Of a DNA stretch of 63,186 nucleotides, positions 1-9,911 are shown in pieces. The position numbers and the translations under genes are program-made. The stretch is taken from positions 1 to 63,186 of the forward strand of contig JANNEV010000711.1 of assembly GCA_031379145.1 (NCBI GenBank), read 5' to 3'. Position 1 is the stretch's first letter. Each line of letters begins with the position of its first letter. The notes under the pieces are model-generated. The model searched no databases, had not been told where the DNA came from, and was given only the letters and a program-made list of their open reading frames with translations. Source of the stretch: Gemmatimonadaceae bacterium (GTDB taxonomy: Bacteria; Gemmatimonadota; Gemmatimonadetes; Gemmatimonadales; Gemmatimonadaceae).

Positions 1-77
1 ATTAGCACAACGGGGACGCCATGCGGCGTCCCCGTTGTGCTTGTCCTCGCTCGACCCCGAGCCGAGATTGCGAGTAA

Positions 78-266
78 ATGATGCATGAGCATGCTGATGC
101 ACGGGCTGACCTTGCGCCTGATTCCCCGTCCGACGAGGCTCGGCGGCTCGAGAGCGCGCCAAGCCCGTGCTGCCCTCGCTGTCGCGCACGCTCGGGCCGG
201 CTCACCGATTCCGCGAATCGCTTCTGTGGGTGCTGTGGGCTCGTCTTTCCTGCCCCGTTCCGCTGA
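78..266 (+). CDS. Small putative zinc-ribbon protein (62 aa)
   Basis: CPRC...FCGCCG cysteine pairs; its TGA (264-266) overlaps the ATG of the next gene (TGATG), suggesting translational coupling. Confidence 0.45.
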   Translation: MMHEHADARADLAPDSPSDEARRLESAPSPCCPRCRARSGRLTDSANRFCGCCGLVFPAPFR

Positions 267-1126
267 TGCGCGGAGAGTTCGTCGATGTGGGCGGTGTGCG
301 GTTGTACTGCTACGCGTTCGGCTCACGTGGCGCAGGCGTGCCGATCGTCCTGGTACACGGCGCATTCACGTCCTCGCACCTATGGCAAGACGTCTTGCCA
401 AGACTTCCCAAGGGACATCGCGTGTTGGTGCTCGACCTGCTCGGGCACGGCCGTAGCGACCCTCCGTCTGGACACGCGATGACGGTGGCGGCCCACGGCG
501 AGAGACTGTCTGCGCTGCTGGACATTCTCGGCGTTCACCAGGCCCTGCTGGTCGGGCATGGAATGGGCGCAGCAGTGTGCGCGTGGGTGGCAAGTCGACG
601 CGCTAGCCAGGTCAGCGGGCTCGTGCTGGTGAATCCGGCTCTGCTCGCTCGCGACATGCGCGACGCACGCGTGAGCAGTCGCCTGGCCCGACTCGCGGCG
701 TTCGTTCCGTTGTGGAGACGCCTCTCGCCCTCCTGGCTGGCGTCCACGCTGCACTCCACGCTGCTGCCCGCGTTCATTCAACGCACGGACGGCGCGCGCT
801 CACTCGATCTCTACCTCAAGCACTTCCGAACGCGCGACGGACGAGACGCGGCATGTGCGCAGCTGCGTGGCTTCGCCGCATCGCAGCGCGACACCGTGGA
901 AGCCCTCTCGTCGCGCGCCATCAGTTGTTCGGTCACGCTGGTGACAGGCAGCGAGGACCCGTTCATGAGTGACGCACGCGCCGAACGCCTGTGGACGTCA
1001 CTGCAGGTGGCAACAGGCAGTCGCGCGGAACGACGAACACTCCCCAGCGTTGCCCATATGGTACCGGAGGAGGCACCCGACGGCCTCGGCGAAATCATCA
1101 GTGGCGCGCTCGGACCGGCAGCGTGA
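266..1126 (+). CDS. Alpha/beta-fold hydrolase-like protein; nucleophile position is Gly
   Basis: LVHGA oxyanion motif, DLLGHGRSD, elbow GHGMG, GSEDPF acid and VAHMVPEE His. Start taken at ATG 266 (MRGEF). Confidence 0.85.
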   Translation: MRGEFVDVGGVRLYCYAFGSRGAGVPIVLVHGAFTSSHLWQDVLPRLPKGHRVLVLDLLGHGRSDPPSGHAMTVAAHGERLSALLDILGVHQALLVGHGMGAAVCAWVASRRASQVSGLVLVNPALLARDMRDARVSSRLARLAAFVPLWRRLSPSWLASTLHSTLLPAFIQRTDGARSLDLYLKHFRTRDGRDAACAQLRGFAASQRDTVEALSSRAISCSVTLVTGSEDPFMSDARAERLWTSLQVATGSRAERRTLPSVAHMVPEEAPDGLGEIISGALGPAA

Positions 1127-1190
1127 ACTCACAGCACCGTACCGGTCGTTGCACCGACCGTCCAGAACATCCCTACGCACCCGCCTCGGA

Positions 1191-1508
1191 ATGACCACTC
1201 GCCTCGACACCATGCGCGCGCTCGCCGCGAAGCAGCCCGACAACGCACTCGCGCGCTTCGGGCTCGCCAACGAATTACTCAAGGTCGGCTTGTACGCGGA
1301 GGCCGAGGGTGAACTTCGCGCGTATCTCGCGCGGCATGACGACGAGGGTAACGCCTGGTTACGCTTCGCGGATGTGCTGAAGACGCTGGAGCGTGAAGCC
1401 GAGGCGCGCGCTGCCATCACGTCAGGGATCGCAGCGGCAACGCGCTTTGGCCACGCCACCCTGGTGAGCGAGATGCAGTCGCGGCTGGACGAATGGGACG
1501 ACGCGTAG
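1191..1508 (+). CDS. Small TPR-repeat protein
   Basis: PDNALARFGLANELLKVG and GNAWLRFADVLKTL...EARAAITSG TPR-like helices; ATG at 1191. Confidence 0.75.
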   Translation: MTTRLDTMRALAAKQPDNALARFGLANELLKVGLYAEAEGELRAYLARHDDEGNAWLRFADVLKTLEREAEARAAITSGIAAATRFGHATLVSEMQSRLDEWDDA

Positions 1509-1522
1509 GCTGAGCGGCACAA

Positions 1523-4021
1523 TCAGAGCCGACGCAACTCGTCGGCGGCATCCACCGCATGACCGATGTCGCGCGAAAGCGCACGGGCTTCCTGGGTGGC
1601 ATTGGTGACGTCGTTGATGGCCGCACCAACTCCCATGGTGCGAAGCTTCACCATGTCCAGACGCAACGATCGCATCGCGAACGAAGCGCTTTCCAGCTGT
1701 CGTTGCATCGTCTCGCTACGGCCCACGAGTTCACGAAGGGAGTCCCGCTGCCGCGTGAGCAGCGCCAGGCGACGCTCACGATCCGGAGCGGTCTCCGGCT
1801 CCGACTCGACACCCGCCAGACGCTGTTCCAGCTGCGTCAATGCATCTGTTGGCAGATCGCGCTGCAGCCGCTCCAATCCGCTCGCCAGCGCGGTGATGCG
1901 CTCCAGCAGCGCGTCGGCGGTCGGCTCCACATCCGGAACCAACGCGCGATCGGCGTCGGTCAACCGTGCCGACGCTTCGCGAATCGTCACTCGATCATCA
2001 ACGGCGGAACGCACAGTCGCGCCAAACGACGATGACATCAGCGAGCTGCCCGCGATACGATCCAGCTCCTCCTGCATGCGAATCTCGCGCGGCCGTTCGT
2101 CCGGCACGAGTGCGAGCTGCTTCCAGTTCGAACCCAGCGCACTCGCCAGCGGCACGCCGAGTCTGCGGACTCGAAGTCCGGCCACAATCGACAGCTGCAT
2201 CGACGCAACGCCAACCAGCAGCGATCCCACAAACGGCACGACCATTGGGTCGAAGTTGAGACCTGCCCCGATCATGAAACTCCCCGCAGCAGCAACAGCG
2301 GAGCCGGCCAACCACTTTACGCGCGTACGGAACGTGCGAACCGCCGCCGAGATTCGCTGCGACTTGGAGCCCTGCGGTCCCTCCGACCCCGAGGATTCGT
2401 TCCGCGTGGCCGACTCCGCCGTACCGAAGAGCTGGCCCCACCGCGCGCCTCTGCGACGCAACCGTCCCCACTTTGCCAGCAGCCCCATGCTCATGCCGAA
2501 GATCGGAAAGACCGACCACGGAAAGTGGCGGCTGGTGGCGACGTTGATGAACAGCAGAAATCCCATCGTCCCCACGGTGGACATCGCGGCCCACCGAAAC
2601 CGAGCCACTTGCTCGTCAATCGTGAGCCCGGCGCCCTCACCCATCTCGACGGCGTCCCTCCGGTCTTCGCGCGCGAGACTCCAACGATCCTGAGCGTCTC
2701 GGCGCTGCTCGCGAACCGCGCGCCGCCACTCCCGGTACTCCTCGCGACTCGCATCCGCCGCGAGTGGAGGAAGCGACGGGATCGGTGCGACACGATGGCG
2801 AGGCGCGAGCTCCGGCGCGCTGAGCGCGCGCGGATTCCAATCCTCGGCGCGATGGCCCAGGCGCTGCGCGGGATCGCGGGGCGCGAGGTCGCGCTGCGCA
2901 AAGTCGCCGTGCGCGAAGTCGCTCTGCGCGAGGTCGCCCTGCGCGAAGTCGCTCTGCGCCGACGCATTTCGATAAGTCCCTGCCGTCGCACCTGGCGCCG
3001 CCTCACGCGAGGCAACGCGTTCGCCCGCCCGATGCGGAGGAGGGGCCGCGCGCAAGGATCCATCGCGTTGCGCTCGCCGCAGCGCGTCGCGAAGCGTCAT
3101 GGCACTGCCGAAACGATCCGCAGGCTTTTTTGCGAGACACTTCTCGAGGATCTCCACCAGCACCCGCGGTACATCGGGGCGACTCGACCAAATCGGCGCG
3201 GGAGCTTCGCCGACGTGCGCCAGCAGCATGGCCGGGGTGGACGTTGCCACAAAAGGCAGGCGTCCGGCCACCATCAGGTATCCAACCACGCCAAGCGAGT
3301 AGACGTCGCTGCGGCCGTCCACTTCCTTCTCCCCGGTGGCTTGTTCCGGGCTCATGAACGCCGGCGTTCCGACCGCAATACCGGTTTGCGTCAATCGTGT
3401 TCCTGTCTCCGCTGCACGCGCGATGCCGAAGTCCGTGACCATGGCGCGCCCGGACTCGCGATCGAGCAGAATATTGTCTGGCTTGATGTCGCGATGCACC
3501 ACGCCGGACGCGTGCGCGTAGGCCAGGGCATCCGCGACCTGTTCGAGAACGTTCGCAACTGCCTCGAAACTCGGGTGCGTTTCTCGAGCGACCCACGCCG
3601 CAACACTTTCTCCTGTCACCAGCGCCATCGCGAAGCAGACGACGCCGGACTGCTCGTGCACCGCATAGATCGGCACGATATTCGGATGATTCAGCCGGGC
3701 GGCGGTTTGCGCTTCGCGCGTGAAGCGTTCGCGTACATCCGAGCGAAACGCCAGATCGGGCGGAAGCACCTTCAGTGCCACGCGCCGCTGCAGGCGAACA
3801 TCTTCTGCGGCGTACACCACCGCCATGCCGCCACGCCCTACTTCCTGCTCGATGAGGTACTGTTCCCCAAATGCGGCAATCACGCGATCTCGCAGCAGGC
3901 TCGCATCAGCTGCATCGTCGGCACGACGCTTCGCCGCCGCATCAGCACTGGACTGTTCCGCTCCGTGCTTTTGATCCGCTTTGGCTGATCGCCCGGGAAC
4001 CACGGGCGTCACGTCCGGCAC
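1523..4021 (-). CDS. Ser/Thr protein kinase with TM hairpins and C-terminal coiled-coil domain (paralogue A)
   Basis: GRGGMAVVY, VALK, HRDIKPDN, DFG, GTPAFMSPEQ; two hydrophobic hairpins; GTG start at 4021, just after the upstream stop at 4029. Confidence 0.92.
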   Translation of the reverse strand: MPDVTPVVPGRSAKADQKHGAEQSSADAAAKRRADDAADASLLRDRVIAAFGEQYLIEQEVGRGGMAVVYAAEDVRLQRRVALKVLPPDLAFRSDVRERFTREAQTAARLNHPNIVPIYAVHEQSGVVCFAMALVTGESVAAWVARETHPSFEAVANVLEQVADALAYAHASGVVHRDIKPDNILLDRESGRAMVTDFGIARAAETGTRLTQTGIAVGTPAFMSPEQATGEKEVDGRSDVYSLGVVGYLMVAGRLPFVATSTPAMLLAHVGEAPAPIWSSRPDVPRVLVEILEKCLAKKPADRFGSAMTLRDALRRAQRDGSLRAAPPPHRAGERVASREAAPGATAGTYRNASAQSDFAQGDLAQSDFAHGDFAQRDLAPRDPAQRLGHRAEDWNPRALSAPELAPRHRVAPIPSLPPLAADASREEYREWRRAVREQRRDAQDRWSLAREDRRDAVEMGEGAGLTIDEQVARFRWAAMSTVGTMGFLLFINVATSRHFPWSVFPIFGMSMGLLAKWGRLRRRGARWGQLFGTAESATRNESSGSEGPQGSKSQRISAAVRTFRTRVKWLAGSAVAAAGSFMIGAGLNFDPMVVPFVGSLLVGVASMQLSIVAGLRVRRLGVPLASALGSNWKQLALVPDERPREIRMQEELDRIAGSSLMSSSFGATVRSAVDDRVTIREASARLTDADRALVPDVEPTADALLERITALASGLERLQRDLPTDALTQLEQRLAGVESEPETAPDRERRLALLTRQRDSLRELVGRSETMQRQLESASFAMRSLRLDMVKLRTMGVGAAINDVTNATQEARALSRDIGHAVDAADELRRL
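2863..2960 (-). repeat. 15-bp tandem repeat encoding an A-Q-x-D-F/L pentapeptide, about 6-7 copies, in the kinase linker
   Basis: Protein AQSDF-AQGDL-AQSDF-AHGDF-AQRDL-APRDP-AQR; DNA units like gcgcgaagtcgctct. Confidence 0.8.
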
Positions 4022-4028
4022 GAGCCGC

Positions 4029-6137
4029 TCAGACCGTTGCGTTCGAGGCGCGCGGACGCGTGGCGTCGCGTACCTCATTCGCTGCCGCAACGGCGATATC
4101 GACTTCGCGCGCTAATGCCATCGCCTGTTCGGCCACCAGCGTCACGCTCTGCACCGAGCTGTTGCCGGTGCGCAAGCGCACGAGGTCAAGCCTGACGTTC
4201 TCCAGCGCGATCCGGCAGCTGTCCAGCTGACCACGACGCACCTCACGCTTGCGTTCCGCGTCGGCGATTCCACGGCGATCGCGGCGTAATTGCGCCAACC
4301 GTCGAACGCGACCCTCCGAACGCTGGGAATCCAGCGGATTCGCCTCGGCCTCCAACTGCGCAATCTCAGCATCGACCGCGACCGCGCGGCTCCCGCCCTG
4401 TTCAACGTCGGATCGCGCGAGATCCAGCGCAATCGTCTCGATCTTGTTCACGAGATCAACGGCCGTTCCCGCCACGTCGGGCATCGACTTCTTCTCGGCC
4501 GCCGGAATGGTCGAGATGAGACGCGCAATCTCCTCGCGGTCCGCGCGCGCGCTTCGCACGGCGTGCACATACGCGCCGAGTTCATCTTCTCGCGCGGGAG
4601 CAACAGGCATCGCACGCCGACCGTCGCTGGCCGCTTCACGTGTCAGCTGCCCCGCCTCGTGCCGATTGGGCGACAACACACCAGACAGCCTGTTCCGGAG
4701 TTTCCCCTGGGCGCGGAGCTCCTCACGTTTTTGTCGAGAGAACGTCGCGTGGAGGCTGTCGCCGAGATCGGACAGCACCTCGCCGAACAGACGATGCCGC
4801 GGCTGACGAAGCACGTCCTTCCAGTCGTACCCGTCCGACCACAGGCGCGCGTACTTCCACGCGACGTAGATGGTCCAGAGCGTGGTGACCGGCAGCAGAT
4901 CCTTTCCGGCGAACAAACTCACGACCAGTAGTGCGCCGTTGACAAACAGATACGGCGCGAGAATCCGCCGGAACTTCATGACCGGCGGAGCTTCCCAGCG
5001 CACCAGATCAGATGCCGTTGGCGCATGCTCACCGGTGCTCGCATTGCGATAATCCGCGCTGTAGCCAGCGGCTGATGGTCCTTGCGTATTGGACTGGTAC
5101 GTGGGCGGCGAATACGACGGCATACCCCCGCGCGAATCGCGAAGCCCGGACACCGGCATACCGCCCATCGGGATTCCGGTCATGGGCGCACTGCCGCCCC
5201 CCGCAAACGACAGCGGGCTCCCGATTCCCGTGGACCCGGCCCGAGGGGGCGCTGGCGGCACGATACCGGTTTTGATGGCCTGGACAACCTCGGTGGCAGT
5301 CTGAAATCGGTTTTCCGGCGACTTCTCGAGCAGTCGCATCACGATCATTGCCAGATCGGCAGGCACGTCCGGGCGCCGGTGTGAGACCGGCACCGGCATC
5401 TCGGCCAGATGCTTGACCAACAAGGCCGGCGTGGTATTGCCGATAAACGGCGGCTCGCCAACGAGCATCTGGTACGCCACCACCCCGAGCGAGTACAGGT
5501 CACTGCGTCCGTCCAGATCCCGGTCGCCGGAAGCCTGCTCGGGAGACATGTATGCAGGCGTGCCAATGGCCATACCGGTCGCCGTCAGTCGGGAGGTCTC
5601 ACCGCTGTCCATCATCGCCCGAGCGATCCCGAAATCGGTGACCAGCGCTCGGCCGTCGATGCCGTCCAACAAAATGTTGTCGGGCTTGATGTCACGATGG
5701 ATCACACCACGCGAATGCGCATACGACAGGGCGTCGGCCACCTCGCCGATCCAGCGACGGGCATTCTCGATTGGCAGTGGTCCACGCTTCTGGAGCATCT
5801 TGGCGAGATTGTCGCCGTCGATGCAAGCCATCACGAAAAAGACCAGATTCCCGACTTCGTCGACCGAGTAGATGGGAACGATGTTCGGGTGACCAAGCTG
5901 CGCGGCGGTCTCGGCCTCCCGAAGAAAGCGGGACCGAATGTCTCGCCGGAACGACAGCTCTGGCGGCAGCAACTTGATGGCGACCACGCGCTTCAGGCGC
6001 TTGTCGCGGGCCCGGTAAACGATACCCATGCCACCGCGTCCAATCTCCTGATCGACCTCGTAGGAGGCACTGAGCGCAGTCTCAACATGCGCTCGGAGTT
6101 CGGCGTCCTCTGCGGACGGAGCTGCGGAATCGGGCAC
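4029..6137 (-). CDS. Ser/Thr protein kinase with TM hairpin and C-terminal coiled-coil domain (paralogue B)
   Basis: GRGGMGIVY, VAIK, HRDIKPDN, DFG, GTPAYMSPEQ; TM segment YLFVNGALLVVSLF; GTG start at 6137 (VPDSAAPS). Confidence 0.92.
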   Translation of the reverse strand: MPDSAAPSAEDAELRAHVETALSASYEVDQEIGRGGMGIVYRARDKRLKRVVAIKLLPPELSFRRDIRSRFLREAETAAQLGHPNIVPIYSVDEVGNLVFFVMACIDGDNLAKMLQKRGPLPIENARRWIGEVADALSYAHSRGVIHRDIKPDNILLDGIDGRALVTDFGIARAMMDSGETSRLTATGMAIGTPAYMSPEQASGDRDLDGRSDLYSLGVVAYQMLVGEPPFIGNTTPALLVKHLAEMPVPVSHRRPDVPADLAMIVMRLLEKSPENRFQTATEVVQAIKTGIVPPAPPRAGSTGIGSPLSFAGGGSAPMTGIPMGGMPVSGLRDSRGGMPSYSPPTYQSNTQGPSAAGYSADYRNASTGEHAPTASDLVRWEAPPVMKFRRILAPYLFVNGALLVVSLFAGKDLLPVTTLWTIYVAWKYARLWSDGYDWKDVLRQPRHRLFGEVLSDLGDSLHATFSRQKREELRAQGKLRNRLSGVLSPNRHEAGQLTREAASDGRRAMPVAPAREDELGAYVHAVRSARADREEIARLISTIPAAEKKSMPDVAGTAVDLVNKIETIALDLARSDVEQGGSRAVAVDAEIAQLEAEANPLDSQRSEGRVRRLAQLRRDRRGIADAERKREVRRGQLDSCRIALENVRLDLVRLRTGNSSVQSVTLVAEQAMALAREVDIAVAAANEVRDATRPRASNATV

Positions 6138-6386
6138 TCGCTGGGGAATCGGGGGAGTCGAACCGGTACCTCTAGTGTAGCACCGGTGTGGACACTTCAA
6201 CAGCGCAACGGCGAGGCTGGCCTCGCCGATCGCCGGGTCGGACCAGCCGTCGCGGCATGGGACTGGCTGCCCCTACGTCAGACGGTCAGGGAAAAGTTCC
6301 AACTCCTGCCGCGATGGCGGAGATCCGTTGGTGCGGAATGTGCCAGACTAGAGGGGTCACCTTTATCCTCGACCAGGATCGTTTCA

Positions 6387-8948
6387 ATGGGCCAGCGCCA
6401 AACACTTCCCGTCCTGCCATTGCGCGGGACCGTCATGTTCCCCGGTATCACAGCTCCGATCGCCGCCGGTCGGCCCGGTACGCTTCGGGCTATCGAGACC
6501 GCACTTAAGGGCGACCGTCTCGTCTTCGCCGTCGCCCAGCGCGACAACTCCGAAGAGCCAACCACCGACATTCTGTTCACCACCGGCGTGATCGCCCGTA
6601 TCGGGCAGATCCAGCGTGGGCTCGGCGGCGTGCAGCTGCTGCTGCAGGGCGAACAGCGCGCGACCGCACTCCAGTACAGCGAGCAGGATGGCCACATGGT
6701 GGCCGTGATCGTTCCGGCGGAAGAGATGATGCCGCTGGACGTGAAAAATGCTGCCTTCGAAGCCCTTCACAAGGAAGCCCGTGAGCGTGCCGCCGAACTC
6801 GGCGAGAAGCGGGGACTTCCGGAGGAAGTGGTGCATCAGGTGTTGGATTCCGTGGACGACGCCGGACGCTTTTCGGATCTTGTCGCCGGCTACATCGAGC
6901 TCACGGTGCCCGAGAAACAGGGACTGCTCGAGACCCTCTCGGTGGAAGAGCGACTGCGGCGTGTCCTGGTGCATGTGCAGCGACAGATCGGCTTGCTCGA
7001 AGCGCAGGAGGACATCAAGTCGCAGGTACAGGAAGAGCTTGGCGATCGGCAGCGCGAGATGTTCCTCCGCGAACAGCTCAAGGCCATTCAGAAGGAGCTG
7101 GGTGACGACGATCAAGGCAAGGAGATCGCCGAACTCCGGGAGAAACTCACCAAGCTCGACCTCCCCAAGGAAGCGCGGGCCGAAGTGGAGCGTGAGATCG
7201 GTCGGCTTGAACGCGCCGGACGCGAGAGCATGGAAGCGCAGGTCATTCGCACCTACCTCGAGTGGATGGCCGAGCTCCCATGGAGCAAGCGGTCGGACGA
7301 TCATCTCGAACTGGTACGAGCGGCCGAGATCCTGGAAGAGGATCACTACGGCCTCAAGGACGTGAAGGATCGCGTGCTCGAGTTTCTTGCCGTCCGCCAA
7401 CTCCGCGCACAGCAGGTCGCGGCCGAAGTGGCCACCACCGGCGAATTTTCTGTCGCCAAGCTGCGCAGCGACGCCGACGACGCGCCCGTGTCATCGAGCA
7501 ACGGCTCGTCGGAGAAGACCATCACGGACACTCGCGAAGCGAAAGCCCGTGTTATGGCGCGCGGCCCGATTCTGCTCTTCAACGGGCCACCGGGTGTGGG
7601 CAAGACATCCATCGCGAAGTCGATCGCGCGAGCGCTGGGACGCGAGTATGTGCGCGTGGCGCTGGGTGGCGCGCGGGACGAAGCCGACATTCGGGGACAC
7701 CGGCGCACGTACGTGGGTGCATTGCCGGGGCGCATTATCCAGGGTATGAAGTCCGCCGGTACGAAGAATCCAGTCTTCCTGCTCGATGAGGTGGACAAGC
7801 TGGGCACGTCGTATCAGGGAGATCCGTCGAGTGCGCTGCTCGAAGTGCTTGATCCGGCGCAGAACGACTCGTTCACGGATCACTATCTCGGCGTTCCCTT
7901 TGACTTGAGCGAAGTACTCTTCATCGCGACGTCGAATTTCATCCAGAACATCCCCGGTCCGTTGCTTGACCGCATGGAAGTCGTGGACTTCAGCGGCTAC
8001 ACGGAGAGCGAGAAGGCGGCCATCGCCAAGACGTATCTGATTCCGCGACAACTTGAGGAGTCAGGGTTGGGTGGTCGCGACCTGTCGTTCACCGACGAAG
8101 CCGTCATGAGTGTGATCAGCCAGTACACGCGGGAGAGCGGCGTCCGGCAGCTTGAACGCCAGCTTGGCGCGGTCGCCCGAAAGGTCGCACGCCGTGTTGC
8201 CACCGGAGACAGCGCCGCCATCGACGACAAGATCATCTCGGCGGACGAGGTGCGCGACCTGCTCGGCCGACCCAAGGTGCATCCTGAACGTGCCGCCGAG
8301 CACGACGAGGTGGGGATTTCCACGGGCATGTACTACACGCCGATGGGCGGTGACATCATGTTCGTGGAAGCGTCCATTCGACGCGGCCAGTCCAAGCCAC
8401 GCCTCGACGCGGATGAAGAAATGGTGCGCGTCGGTCCCATTTCCCTCATTCTCACGGGCCAACTCGGTGATGTCATGAAGGAAAGCGCGCGTGCGGCGCT
8501 CACCTACGCCACCAACAACGCCGAGCGGCTGGGCATTCCTGCCTCTCGTGTGGGAACTGCGAGTGAAGCGCATATCCACGTGCCAGCCGGCGCTATTCCG
8601 AAGGATGGCCCCAGTGCCGGCATCGCCATCGCTACCGCACTGGTCAGCGAGATGTCCAACCGCAAGGTGCGGCGCGACGTCTCCATGACTGGCGAAATCA
8701 CGCTGCGTGGACGTGTGCTGCCGATCGGTGGACTGAAAGAGAAGGTGCTGGGCGCGCACCGCGCCGGTATCAAGCACGTCATCCTGCCGAAGGCGAATGA
8801 AGGCGATCTGGAGGACGTGCCCGACGAAGTGCGGAATCAACTCACGTTCTATCCGGTGGAGACACTCACCGACGTGTTGTCCATCGCGCTGGTCGATGGC
8901 GGTCGGGCCAGCGTCGAGGCCGAAGAGGCGCTCCTGGTGGGCGTGTAG
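6387..8948 (+). CDS. lon: ATP-dependent Lon protease
   Basis: LPVLPLRG N-terminus, Walker [21 protein letters not shown], Walker [16 protein letters not shown] catalytic Ser, IGGLKEK Lys. True start ATG 6387. Confidence 0.97.
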   Translation: MGQRQTLPVLPLRGTVMFPGITAPIAAGRPGTLRAIETALKGDRLVFAVAQRDNSEEPTTDILFTTGVIARIGQIQRGLGGVQLLLQGEQRATALQYSEQDGHMVAVIVPAEEMMPLDVKNAAFEALHKEARERAAELGEKRGLPEEVVHQVLDSVDDAGRFSDLVAGYIELTVPEKQGLLETLSVEERLRRVLVHVQRQIGLLEAQEDIKSQVQEELGDRQREMFLREQLKAIQKELGDDDQGKEIAELREKLTKLDLPKEARAEVEREIGRLERAGRESMEAQVIRTYLEWMAELPWSKRSDDHLELVRAAEILEEDHYGLKDVKDRVLEFLAVRQLRAQQVAAEVATTGEFSVAKLRSDADDAPVSSSNGSSEKTITDTREAKARVMARGPILLFNGPPGVGKTSIAKSIARALGREYVRVALGGARDEADIRGHRRTYVGALPGRIIQGMKSAGTKNPVFLLDEVDKLGTSYQGDPSSALLEVLDPAQNDSFTDHYLGVPFDLSEVLFIATSNFIQNIPGPLLDRMEVVDFSGYTESEKAAIAKTYLIPRQLEESGLGGRDLSFTDEAVMSVISQYTRESGVRQLERQLGAVARKVARRVATGDSAAIDDKIISADEVRDLLGRPKVHPERAAEHDEVGISTGMYYTPMGGDIMFVEASIRRGQSKPRLDADEEMVRVGPISLILTGQLGDVMKESARAALTYATNNAERLGIPASRVGTASEAHIHVPAGAIPKDGPSAGIAIATALVSEMSNRKVRRDVSMTGEITLRGRVLPIGGLKEKVLGAHRAGIKHVILPKANEGDLEDVPDEVRNQLTFYPVETLTDVLSIALVDGGRASVEAEEALLVGV

Positions 8949-8993
8949 GTCCACAGCGCCACGTGCGTCGTCCGATTCTTGCCGCGATCCGCT

Positions 8994-9911
8994 TCAGCCG
9001 GTCGCGGCAAGGTCGTACTGGTACACATGCGAGATGTCTGGTTCGACGGCGACAAAGCCTGACCCGGGCTGTTCGTCCGAGCACACCACGACAGTGACCA
9101 CGTCGTTTGCGTGCTGCGTGGAGAGCACGCAGTGACGCCGCGCCAGGGCGTGCACGGCCTCGGGCGCTACGCTGGAGCTCCAGATGCGACCCGAGAAGTC
9201 GTCAACCAGTCGATCGGCCGGTCCTTCACGCACCACTCGTCCGCGGCGCAGCACCACAAGATGGGCGAGGCGATTGCGAAAGACAGCAGCCACCGACGTC
9301 GCGACGATGACGATGCGGTGCTCGGCGATTTCCTCGAGCACGTCGAGGAACGCGCGTGCGTCTGCTTCGTTCAGGTCGCGCGCGAGCTCATCCAGCAGCA
9401 GCAGCCTGGGTGAGGTCAAGAGCGCGATCGCCAACAGAAATCGACGATGCATGGACGGCGATAGTTCGCCGACCCTGAGCGCTCGCGCTCCCCACAGGCC
9501 TACGTCACGCAATTGCGCGTCCACGCGCGCGCGGCGCAGCTGAGCACCGGTTGGATTGTCCAGCGCTGCGAAATGCTCCAACGCCACATGGACCGGGACC
9601 GGTGCAGGGACCCGGACGGCCGGTGGCATGAATGCGGCGTACCCGCGAAGCAGCATCGGATTGCTGTCGCCAGCCATGTCGCCGTAGGACACGGAGCCGC
9701 GATCGGGCGCCTCGCGTGCACTCATCACGTTGAGCAGCGTGGATTTTCCTGCTCCCGTTGGCCCAAGAACGACGTTCAAGCCCTTGGTCAGCGACAGCGA
9801 GACGTCGTCCAGCGCTCTCGAACCGCCGGGATAGATCTTGGTGACGTGCTCCAGCGACAGCTGTTGTTTGCGTCGCTCGTGGAACGCATCGATGGACAGC
9901 GCGCGGCGCAT
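8994..9911 (-). CDS. ABC-type ATP-binding protein with degenerate motifs
   Basis: Walker A GPTGAGKST and Walker B LLLLDE present; signature LSPSM, and no His at the H-loop (VATS). Confidence 0.75.
   Translation of the reverse strand: MRRALSIDAFHERRKQQLSLEHVTKIYPGGSRALDDVSLSLTKGLNVVLGPTGAGKSTLLNVMSAREAPDRGSVSYGDMAGDSNPMLLRGYAAFMPPAVRVPAPVPVHVALEHFAALDNPTGAQLRRARVDAQLRDVGLWGARALRVGELSPSMHRRFLLAIALLTSPRLLLLDELARDLNEADARAFLDVLEEIAEHRIVIVATSVAAVFRNRLAHLVVLRRGRVVREGPADRLVDDFSGRIWSSSVAPEAVHALARRHCVLSTQHANDVVTVVVCSDEQPGSGFVAVEPDISHVYQYDLAATG

Noticed and set aside
2-205. 67-aa minus-strand ORF and the many other short overlapping ORFs in the track
   Set aside because: Arg/Ala/Pro-rich alternative-frame translations that overlap better-supported genes.
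5409-6386. 326-aa N-terminal extension making Lon 1179 aa
   Set aside because: It is antisense to kinase B; Lon homology begins at ATG 6387. This is a stop-free shadow frame in GC-rich DNA.
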